From Bacteroidota bacterium (GTDB lineage: Bacteria; Bacteroidota; Bacteroidia; AKYH767-A; 2013-40CM-41-45), in the NCBI GenBank assembly GCA_043787975.1, contig JAYVUK010000007.1, forward strand, positions 18,553-82,552: a stretch of DNA of 64,000 nt, in the 5' to 3' direction. The translations under genes were made by a program, and so were the position numbers. This document shows positions 27,234-35,549 of the stretch, in pieces. Every line of letters starts with the position of its first letter. Positions within the stretch are counted from its first letter, which is position 1. The notes below the pieces were generated by a model. The model did no database searches, was not told the origin of the DNA, and worked only from the letters and a program-made list of their open reading frames with translations.

Positions 27234-28199
27234 ATGAAAAGAAAAAATCTTTTTGCATTGATTCTTGCGGCAACATTTTTCAGTTGCAATAGTTCCCAAA
27301 CAAAAACTCAGGAACAAAAAAAATTCACCATCGGATTCCTTGACCTATTGCAGGATGAAACATTGGAGCACGCGAAGAAGGGATTTTTTGCGGCACTGAA
27401 GGATCATGGCTATGATGATAAAAACCTGGACGTAATTTATCGCAACGCACAAAATGATCAACCTACGCTGCAACAGGCATGTGATTACCTCGTTTCTCAA
27501 CCTGTTGATCTGATTGCAACCAATCCAACACTTTCTACAATTACAGCTGTTCAGAAGACAAAAATAATTCCGGTGTTCATGATGGTTTCCCCGAGGCCTG
27601 ATATTGCAAAGCTGACAGACGCAAACGGAAAAGCTCCTTCCAATCTTTTTGGAGTGTATGAAACACTTGAATACATTGACACCTCTGTGATGCTCATTAA
27701 AAAAATATTGCCTTCGGCAAAAAAGATCGGAACTATTTTTAATCAGTCAGAACCACAATCGGTGGATGCACTCGCGCGAATAGAAATGGAATGTTCAAAG
27801 CTCGGATTAAAGCTGGAAAAACTTCCGGTCAACAATTCAAACGAAACACAACTTGTTGTCGGCGCTTTGTTGAATAAAAAGATCGATGCATTTTTCGCCT
27901 TGCCTGATAACGTTGTTTTTTCTTCCATGGAAATCATTGTAAAGAGCTGTGACGACGCAAAAGTTCCTGTTTTCACAAGTGAAGAAGGATTGGTGAAGCG
28001 CGGTGCTGTTGCTGCTTTCGGAGCCGACATGTATCAATGGGGCTACCAGAGCGGAGTTCAGGCAGCACAATTTCTCGTTACAAAATCAACGAATGGTCTG
28101 CAACCGGAAATCGTGAAATTGAGACGGCGAGTTTTTAACGAAGGAAAGGCAAAACAATATTCTCTTCATTTTGACTTATCATATACTCCTGTAAAGTGA
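27234..28199 (+). CDS. ABC transporter substrate-binding lipoprotein (PF04392, ABC_sub_bind-like)
   Basis: It starts at MKRKNLFALILAATFFSCNSS, a lipoprotein signal. The upstream extension in the ORF track overlaps the ygcG tail and is judged an artefact. Confidence 0.65.
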   Translation: MKRKNLFALILAATFFSCNSSQTKTQEQKKFTIGFLDLLQDETLEHAKKGFFAALKDHGYDDKNLDVIYRNAQNDQPTLQQACDYLVSQPVDLIATNPTLSTITAVQKTKIIPVFMMVSPRPDIAKLTDANGKAPSNLFGVYETLEYIDTSVMLIKKILPSAKKIGTIFNQSEPQSVDALARIEMECSKLGLKLEKLPVNNSNETQLVVGALLNKKIDAFFALPDNVVFSSMEIIVKSCDDAKVPVFTSEEGLVKRGAVAAFGADMYQWGYQSGVQAAQFLVTKSTNGLQPEIVKLRRRVFNEGKAKQYSLHFDLSYTPVK

Positions 28200-28266
28200 T
28201 GCCGGATTGCTTATTGTCGAATTGCTTAAAACCATTTAACAATTTAACCGTTTAGCAATTGATCCG

Positions 28267-29130
28267 ATGAACTTCTATCTCTCAGCCATCTTACTCGGTC
28301 TAGGTTTCGCATCGCTTGCATTGGGGATTTTCATTTCCATGCGCATCTTCAATATTCCTGACATTACAACGGACGGAAGTTTTACACTTGGAGGTGCTGT
28401 AACTGCAATCCTTATTTCGGAGCACACTTCCCTCCCACTTGTTTTACTTGTTGTATTTCTTTGCGGAGCATTGGCAGGATCCATCACAGGAATAATTCAC
28501 ACCAAGTTAAAAGTAAATGCATTGCTGGCCGGGATTCTCGTCATGACGGCGTTATATTCTGTGAATCTTAGCATCATGGGACGGTCCAACATTCCTTTGA
28601 TTGATGTGAACACTATTTTTAACCAGGTATCTTTTATTAGTGACCAAACTTCACAGCAACTAGTTGTTCTCGTGTCATTTTCTATTTTGGCATGGCTAAT
28701 TGTTTCCCGGTTATTGAAAACAGATTTCGGACTTGCCATGCGCGCAACAGGTAATAATGAAAACATGATTCGTGCATTGGGAGTTAATACGGATCGCATG
28801 AAAATCATCGGTCTTGCTCTTGCAAACGGGTTGATTGCACTGAGTGGTTTTCTCATTACACAAATTCAAAGTTTCGCTGACATCAACATGGGAATCGGAA
28901 TTGTTATTCTCGGGTTGGGTTCTGTGATGATCGGAGAAATATTTTTGAAACTGTTTCGCATTCACAAAATTGGCTGGCATTTGCTTGGAGTCATTCTCGG
29001 AAGCATTGTCTTCAGACTCATCCTTGCTTTTGCATTGTCCATTGGAATTGATGCTTTGTATTTAAAACTTGTTGTAGCGGTGTTTGTTTTAATCGTGGTG
29101 AGTATTCCTAATCTGAAACGGGCATCATGA
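28267..29130 (+). CDS. ABC transporter permease
   Basis: It is a 287-aa polytopic protein between the binding-protein and ATPase genes, and its stop overlaps the ATPase start. Confidence 0.7.
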   Translation: MNFYLSAILLGLGFASLALGIFISMRIFNIPDITTDGSFTLGGAVTAILISEHTSLPLVLLVVFLCGALAGSITGIIHTKLKVNALLAGILVMTALYSVNLSIMGRSNIPLIDVNTIFNQVSFISDQTSQQLVVLVSFSILAWLIVSRLLKTDFGLAMRATGNNENMIRALGVNTDRMKIIGLALANGLIALSGFLITQIQSFADINMGIGIVILGLGSVMIGEIFLKLFRIHKIGWHLLGVILGSIVFRLILAFALSIGIDALYLKLVVAVFVLIVVSIPNLKRAS

Positions 29131-29873
29131 TCGAGTTGCAACATATTTCCAAAATATTTAATCGGAATACTTCGAATGAAGTGAACGCATTGCAGGATGT
29201 GACCCTGAAAATAGATTCTTCACAGTTTGTTGTAATTGTCGGTTCGAACGGTTCAGGAAAATCTTCATTGCTGAATGCCATTGCAGGAAGCGTGCGTGTG
29301 ACCACAGGAAAGATACTTGTGGATGGAAATGAAATCACCCACTTGAAAGAACATCAGCGGAGTAAATGGATTGCGCGCATCTTCCAGGATCCATTGATGG
29401 GAACTGCACCCGAACTTTCTATTCTGGAAAATTTCCGTCTTGCTTCCATCCGTACTCAAGCGAAAAAATTTACCATTGGCACAAATGAAAAGTTCAAAAA
29501 GAAAGTTCAGGACAAAATTTCTCTATTGAACCTCGGACTTGAAAATAAAGTTGATCAACAGATGGGAACGTTGTCAGGTGGACAAAGGCAAGCCTTGACA
29601 CTACTCATGTCGGTGATGGATGAAACAAAAGTTCTCTTACTGGATGAACCGGCTGCTGCATTGGATCCGAAAACTGCTGAGTTATTAATGAAACTTGCCG
29701 ATAAGATTATCAAAGAATTTCATCTCCATGCATTTCTTATTACACATCAGTTAAAGGACGCTTTAGCTTACGGTGACCGCCTTCTCCTGATGCAGGAAGG
29801 AATGATTACCAAAGACTTAAGCCAGACTCAAAAATCAGGGCTTCAACTGAATGATCTTTTTAGTTGGTTCTAA
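29127..29873 (+). CDS. ABC transporter ATP-binding protein
   Basis: It has Walker A GSNGSGKSS, signature LSGGQRQAL and Walker B LLLDEP. Confidence 0.85.
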   Translation: MIELQHISKIFNRNTSNEVNALQDVTLKIDSSQFVVIVGSNGSGKSSLLNAIAGSVRVTTGKILVDGNEITHLKEHQRSKWIARIFQDPLMGTAPELSILENFRLASIRTQAKKFTIGTNEKFKKKVQDKISLLNLGLENKVDQQMGTLSGGQRQALTLLMSVMDETKVLLLDEPAAALDPKTAELLMKLADKIIKEFHLHAFLITHQLKDALAYGDRLLLMQEGMITKDLSQTQKSGLQLNDLFSWF

Positions 29874-29975
29874 GATGCTTTTTTTCCTATTTTAGTGCAC
29901 CTTCTTTAGAGAACAAAATTACATTCTCACCGTTATCAGCAGTAAATCTTCATTATTGTCAATTAGTTTTACCGG

Positions 29976-31994
29976 ATGAAAAAATTCTTCGTACTTGTTT
30001 TATTGGTCTTTATCAGCTCCGCTTCTTTTTCACAGTTTGTTAATCCGGTTAAGTGGAGTTACTCCATTGAACAAACGAAAGTAGGTGAAGCGACCCTTCT
30101 TTTCAAAGCTAAGATTGACAAAGACTGGCATGTATATTCCCAGTTTACTCCCGATGGCGGCCCGTTACCAATGCTCTTTACCTTCACTCCTAACACGTGT
30201 TATGAGTTGGTTGGTAAAGTAACAGAGCCACATCCACACGAAGAATTTGATTCCACTTTTGGAGTAAGGGTTCTTACGTTTAGCGGGGAAATGATTCTGA
30301 AACAAAAAATAAAACTCAAAGGCGATGCCTGCAAAATTCAAGGGGAACTAAACGGGCAGGTTTGTAAGGAATCGTGCATCCAGTTTGATACTGCGTTTGT
30401 TTTTAATATCGGGAAAAGTAAATCAGAAAATAATTCTTTAGAAAAAAGTAACGGCCAATCTGCTTCCGAAAAAAGTCTAGCTGACACCAATCGTGCGAGT
30501 ATCGTAGTTGCTCCTGCTGATACTACAGTTATTTTACCTTCGACCGGAAATGATACACAACTTGAAGCCGGTTGCGGCACTGATGAACAGACCGCTTCTT
30601 TTGACGGGTCTTTTATCGCCATTTTTATAGCTGGTATGTTGGGAGGATTTCTCGCCTTGCTAACTCCATGTGTATTCCCGATGATTCCGATGACGGTAAG
30701 TTTTTTCACGAAGCGAAGCGGCAGTCGAAAAAAAGGATTGGTCAATGCATTGATCTATGCGGCTTCCATCATTATTATTTATGTTGTGCTTGGCTTAATC
30801 GTGACAGTTTCTTTCGGTTCCGATGCATTAAATGATCTTGCAAGTAACGGCTTCTTCAACCTGACATTCTTTGTCATCTTCATCATCTTTGCGATTTCAT
30901 TTTTCGGAGCGTTTGAAATTACATTACCCAGTTCATTCGTCAATAAAGCTGATGCAGCCAGTGATCGTGGAGGACTGATCGGAATATTTTTTATGGCGTT
31001 TACACTTTCACTCGTTTCATTTTCGTGTACAGGTCCGATCATCGGAACCTTGCTCGTAGAAGCTGCTCATGGAAGAAGTTACCTCGGACCGATTGCCGGC
31101 ATGACAGGATTTGCAGTCGCCCTCGCGCTGCCATTTGCCTTGTTTGCCATGTTCCCGGGTTGGCTGAGTTCTTTGCCGAAATCAGGTGGTTGGTTAAACA
31201 CCGTGAAAGTTACGTTGGGATTCATCGAGCTTGCGCTTGCGCTGAAGTTTTTATCGAATGTGGATCTAGCCTATCACTGGGGATTTTTGAAACGGGAAAT
31301 TTTTATCGTGATCTGGATTATCATTTTCTCGATGCTAGGTTTTTATATGCTTGGTAAAATCCGATTTGCACATGATAGTGAAGTGACTCATGTTTCAATC
31401 AAGCGGTTGTTGTGTGCCATACTCTCATTTTCATTTGCACTCTACCTTACACCCGGTGTATGGGGCGCACCGTTGAAACTGATCAGCGGATTTCCTCCTC
31501 CTGACTTTTACAAAGAATGGAAAACAACCACTACGAATGAATGTCCTCACGACCTGAATTGTTTTCATGATTATGAAGAAGGGATGCGTTATGCAAAAGA
31601 ACAAGGTAAACCGGTGATGGTTGATTTCACCGGCTGGAGTTGCGTGAATTGCCGCAAGATGGAAGACAATGTTTGGAGCGATTCAAAAGTGCTGAACCGC
31701 CTGTCAGAAAAATATGTATTAATCTCTTTGTATGTTGATGATAAAGAAGCGTTGCCGGCGAACCTGCAAACCGTTTCACCAACAACAGGAAAAAAAATAA
31801 AAACGATCGGAAATAAGTGGAGTGACATGCAGGCATCTATCTATAAAACCAATTCGCAACCGTATTATGTGCTCCTCGACAACAAAGGAAAAATTCTGGC
31901 AAAGCCGCATGGTTACACACCTGACATCAAACAATATCTTGCTTTTTTAGATGAAGGACTTTGTCGCCACCAAAAAAGAAGAGCTGCGAATTAA
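29976..31994 (+). CDS. dsbD: Thiol:disulfide interchange protein DsbD
   Basis: It has an N-terminal periplasmic domain, a central multi-TM domain and a C-terminal thioredoxin domain with WSCVNCRKME. Confidence 0.85.
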   Translation: MKKFFVLVLLVFISSASFSQFVNPVKWSYSIEQTKVGEATLLFKAKIDKDWHVYSQFTPDGGPLPMLFTFTPNTCYELVGKVTEPHPHEEFDSTFGVRVLTFSGEMILKQKIKLKGDACKIQGELNGQVCKESCIQFDTAFVFNIGKSKSENNSLEKSNGQSASEKSLADTNRASIVVAPADTTVILPSTGNDTQLEAGCGTDEQTASFDGSFIAIFIAGMLGGFLALLTPCVFPMIPMTVSFFTKRSGSRKKGLVNALIYAASIIIIYVVLGLIVTVSFGSDALNDLASNGFFNLTFFVIFIIFAISFFGAFEITLPSSFVNKADAASDRGGLIGIFFMAFTLSLVSFSCTGPIIGTLLVEAAHGRSYLGPIAGMTGFAVALALPFALFAMFPGWLSSLPKSGGWLNTVKVTLGFIELALALKFLSNVDLAYHWGFLKREIFIVIWIIIFSMLGFYMLGKIRFAHDSEVTHVSIKRLLCAILSFSFALYLTPGVWGAPLKLISGFPPPDFYKEWKTTTTNECPHDLNCFHDYEEGMRYAKEQGKPVMVDFTGWSCVNCRKMEDNVWSDSKVLNRLSEKYVLISLYVDDKEALPANLQTVSPTTGKKIKTIGNKWSDMQASIYKTNSQPYYVLLDNKGKILAKPHGYTPDIKQYLAFLDEGLCRHQKRRAAN

Positions 31995-32017
31995 TTTTCA
32001 GGAAAATTTAGCTCCGT

Positions 32018-32314
32018 TTACGCTTTCTTCAGAAACATTGTTTTAAGTACAATGACGCTGCCATCCACACGACATTCCACTTCGTCAGGATCTTCGGTAA
32101 GCCGAATGCCTTTTATCTTCACTCCTCTCTTTAACGTACTTGAAGAACCTTTTACTTTTAAATCTTTAACGAGATGCACAGAGTCACCATCGTTCAGAAT
32201 GTTTCCGTTGCTGTCTTTTGTTTCCATATTTTTTTTGCGGATGCTACCAATAAAGGTCATGGATTGAACTTTTCCGTTTGCCCGTTCGCAATAGTACTCA
32301 GAACTTCCATTCAC
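32018..32314 (-). CDS. PhnA/YjdC C-terminal-domain-like small protein
   Basis: The segment ...DSNGNILNDGDSVHLVKDLKVKGSS..LKRGVKIKGIRL...VECRVDG fits that domain. The start is uncertain; internal Met residues at 32260 and 32227 are alternatives. Confidence 0.5.
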   Translation of the reverse strand: MNGSSEYYCERANGKVQSMTFIGSIRKKNMETKDSNGNILNDGDSVHLVKDLKVKGSSSTLKRGVKIKGIRLTEDPDEVECRVDGSVIVLKTMFLKKA

Positions 32315-32316
32315 AT

Positions 32317-33738
32317 TTACTTTGCAACATGCCTATTATTCATGTCTTCCAACAATTGATTATACTTATCCCTTATTTCATTTAACAATTGTTCTTTTTG
32401 CTGTAACTCTTCTTCTGTCTTCTTCCTGGAAGTAATATCATGCACGTTTGACAGAATACATTTTTGATCATGCAGATCAATGATTTCCGTATCAATGAAT
32501 ACATCTCTGATTTCTCCGTAGCGGTTTTTAAATTTTGTTTCTATGCCTCTGGTCATTCCTGATTCCTTTATTTTAGCGATGATCTCATCACGCTGTTCAG
32601 GAGATATCGTTTTTAATTCAAGCGATGTTTTTCCGATGGCATCCTTTGCTTCGATACCGAAAAAATCTTCGTATGCTTTGTTGACGTAAAGCATTTTTCC
32701 ATCCTCCAAACGGGAAATTGCTTTTACTTCCGGGCTCAGATGAAAGAATTGAAAGAAGCGATCGTGCGCTTTTTTTAGTTCATCGGCTGCTTCCTTTTTT
32801 ACCTGGCGCATTCTGTAATTCACAACAGACCTTCGCCCAAGCAGAAACAACGCCAGCGCATAAGTAACGATCGCAAACAAGGCGGTGCCAAATTCAGAGC
32901 CGTAATAACCAAGCTTTTCACCTTTCAGTTTCAACCATCCCATCACTAATGGAATGAGAAAAGCAGCAAGACGCAACAGGGTGACTTCTGCTGAGGTATC
33001 ACCGATGATGATTGCCATGGATCCTTTTTCAGGATGTGCAAACAACATGGCTAAAGAGAGAAACAAAAAACTGAAAGCGGTTATCACTGACATGGGAATA
33101 TAGTGCGCTATTCCATACAAAAATTTTACGCCGTACACATATCCATACAAAGAAAGAATAGCAATAAACATGATGATGATTGAGAAGTATTGTGCCGGTC
33201 TGCGGCCGTGAAAAATTTCCTTATCAAACCACAGGAGCGAAAGTCCGCCAAGAAAAAAACAGATGGCTGTATTGGGAGCCATTTGATTAACGCTGTTTCG
33301 TAAAGGATCCATCAGTTGATCGGAGAAAAGGGCCGTATCAAGAAAAAAATTAAAACCGAAAACCGTGAATATGAATCTTCCGAATCCGATCACGGTTACC
33401 ACCAACGCTATTCGTCTTGCTGTTTTTAATCTCTTGTCTTCTGCATCTTCATTTTGCTGAATCCAAAGAGAAACAGCGCACAGCAAAAAACAAATTGCTG
33501 AAAGCGGATTAACAGCCACAGCATCCGGTTTGAGTCGTTTCAGGGTTTCAATATGTGCCCCCCATCCAACGAGTACGAAAATGCCGATGATAAAAAAAAG
33601 GACATTCAGTATCCTGGAAATTTTTTTCAGGATAGGCGCAGCAGGAGAGGAATATTCTGTTGTCATAAAAAATAGAATTCGCCATTCCAAATTTACGAAA
33701 CAGTTTGTTATGAAAAGGAAGCCTGAGCGCATACCCAC
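32317..33738 (-). CDS. Membrane-embedded PAS-domain sensor protein with no recognisable output domain
   Basis: About 8 TM helices are followed by a PAS-like region (FFHLSPEVKAISRLEDGKMLYVNKAYEDFFG...) and a coiled-coil tail. No kinase, GGDEF or EAL motif is present. Confidence 0.65.
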   Translation of the reverse strand: MGMRSGFLFITNCFVNLEWRILFFMTTEYSSPAAPILKKISRILNVLFFIIGIFVLVGWGAHIETLKRLKPDAVAVNPLSAICFLLCAVSLWIQQNEDAEDKRLKTARRIALVVTVIGFGRFIFTVFGFNFFLDTALFSDQLMDPLRNSVNQMAPNTAICFFLGGLSLLWFDKEIFHGRRPAQYFSIIIMFIAILSLYGYVYGVKFLYGIAHYIPMSVITAFSFLFLSLAMLFAHPEKGSMAIIIGDTSAEVTLLRLAAFLIPLVMGWLKLKGEKLGYYGSEFGTALFAIVTYALALFLLGRRSVVNYRMRQVKKEAADELKKAHDRFFQFFHLSPEVKAISRLEDGKMLYVNKAYEDFFGIEAKDAIGKTSLELKTISPEQRDEIIAKIKESGMTRGIETKFKNRYGEIRDVFIDTEIIDLHDQKCILSNVHDITSRKKTEEELQQKEQLLNEIRDKYNQLLEDMNNRHVAK

Positions 33739-33800
33739 CTTCCTGCAAGGACAATAATAAATACAGGATTTTAAAAGCAGCGTTCCGGCAATGAAGCGTC

Positions 33801-34250
33801 TCAGACTTCCAACTGCGCCAGTTGTCCCTGGATCTCCACCAATGATTTCCTGATTTTATGAAGAGAGTTTTTCAGAGCAATTTTGTCAACGAAGTCATCC
33901 TTTACTTCAGACTCAACAAAAAGTCCAGGCTCAACAAAAGTTTCAGAAATAGTTTCTTTGAAAGCAACAGCAGGAGCTCCGCTTAATTTCATTTTAGTTT
34001 TACCATCCTTCAATTCAATTTTCGCACCTTTCAGTGTGAATCCTTTTTCCTTTACGAGATGATAGATCTTTTTGAAATTGTCAATGTCACTTTGCGTATA
34101 CATGCGATTTCCCTTTTTATTGGTAGCAGGTTTAATCACATCAAATTCTTTTGACCAAAAACGAATGTGCGAGGTGTTTACTTCAAACATTTTAGCAACT
34201 TCTCCAATGGTGAAGTACAATTTTTCAATTTCTTTTTCTTTGTAAGCCAT
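33801..34250 (-). CDS. MerR-family transcriptional regulator
   Basis: Its N-terminal helix-turn-helix (YFTIGEVAKMFEVNTSHIRFWSKEF) is typical of MerR. Confidence 0.8.
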   Translation of the reverse strand: MAYKEKEIEKLYFTIGEVAKMFEVNTSHIRFWSKEFDVIKPATNKKGNRMYTQSDIDNFKKIYHLVKEKGFTLKGAKIELKDGKTKMKLSGAPAVAFKETISETFVEPGLFVESEVKDDFVDKIALKNSLHKIRKSLVEIQGQLAQLEV

Positions 34251-34376
34251 GGTACTACGAATTACGAATAGAGTACGAATGTACGAATAGTGGAATTTAA
34301 GGTAGTACTTTTTTGAAAGAAGATTTCAACAACTTAAGCGGGACAAACTGCTTACTGCTGCTACTTACTGCAGCTT

Positions 34377-35348
34377 TTAATCAAACGACTGAGTTGCCTG
34401 GGATGAAATCTCTACCATTTTCGCATACTCCTCCGGTGTGAGATCGTTGTAGTAAAAATTAACGGGGTTGAGTGTGCTTCCATTCTTGCGCACTTCGTAA
34501 TGCAAATGCGGACCGGTAGAACTTCCGGTACTTCCAACATAACCGATCAAATCTCCACGCATGATTTTTTGTCCGGGTTTCACGATAATCTTGCTCATGT
34601 GCCCATACACGGACTCATACCCATAGCTATGATTAATTGTAACATTATTCCCAAGGCCTCTTCCATCAAACTCAACCTTCTCAATGACACCATTTCCGGT
34701 TGCATGAATCGGCGTGCCCACGGGCGCTGTAAAATCCATTCCGGCATGAAACTTTTCCGTTTTGTAGATCGGGTGAATTCGCCAGCCATAGCCACTTGCG
34801 ACATGCTTCAAATCCTTATTTGCGACCGGTTGAATGGCAGGAATTGCAGCCAGCATGGCAGCTTTGTTTTTCACAAGATCAAACACTTCATCAAACGATT
34901 TTGACTGCACATACAGTTGTTTTGAAAGTTTATCCATGTGTTTGGTCACATCAACAAGCAATTCGGCATTGTAAAAATCGGTGAGTTTCTTATAGCGATC
35001 CACTCCACCGTAACCGGCTTCGCGCACGGTTGAAGGAATCGGATCGGCTTCAAAGATGACACGGTAAATGGTATTGTCACGCTCCTGGATATCTCTCAAA
35101 ACAGTTTCCACCTGGTCGGCACGTTGTTTTAAAATTTCAAGCTGCAACGAGGTTTCCTCCAAATCCCTTTTCAACTGCTTTTCCTTTGGAGAATCGAAAA
35201 AATTATAAGCAATTAAAACGATCACTGAGGCAAATACCGTAGCCGCAGAAAGGAAACCGAATGCACGTAGGAGTTTCTTCTTCCAGTTGACAATTACCTT
35301 CTCGTATTTCAGCGAGTGAGTATTGAAATAGTATTTTACTTTAGGCAT
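34377..35348 (-). CDS. M23-family metallopeptidase with an N-terminal TM helix and coiled coil
   Basis: It has the M23 motifs HAGMDF...G and GSTG...GPHLHYEV. Confidence 0.8.
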   Translation of the reverse strand: MPKVKYYFNTHSLKYEKVIVNWKKKLLRAFGFLSAATVFASVIVLIAYNFFDSPKEKQLKRDLEETSLQLEILKQRADQVETVLRDIQERDNTIYRVIFEADPIPSTVREAGYGGVDRYKKLTDFYNAELLVDVTKHMDKLSKQLYVQSKSFDEVFDLVKNKAAMLAAIPAIQPVANKDLKHVASGYGWRIHPIYKTEKFHAGMDFTAPVGTPIHATGNGVIEKVEFDGRGLGNNVTINHSYGYESVYGHMSKIIVKPGQKIMRGDLIGYVGSTGSSTGPHLHYEVRKNGSTLNPVNFYYNDLTPEEYAKMVEISSQATQSFD

Positions 35349-35549
35349 TCGTTGTAGTAAAGTATTTTGCTCTAAATTTGGCTGCCAAATTCAGCAGCGC
35401 GAATTTACTCAATCATCCCTTATCTCAAAGTTAAAGCATGTTAATAGCGAAAGTTATTTATTATTAAGCAATTACTAACAGTTTCTATTGAATAATTAAC
35501 CGGCAATTTAAAATCAGAAATATCAAATCAGAAATACTCAACTATTGAA

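Noticed and set aside
35349-35549. Possible riboswitch or T-box leader upstream of alaS
   Set aside because: No specifier or antiterminator-like structure was recognisable, and T-box regulation is not typical in this phylum.
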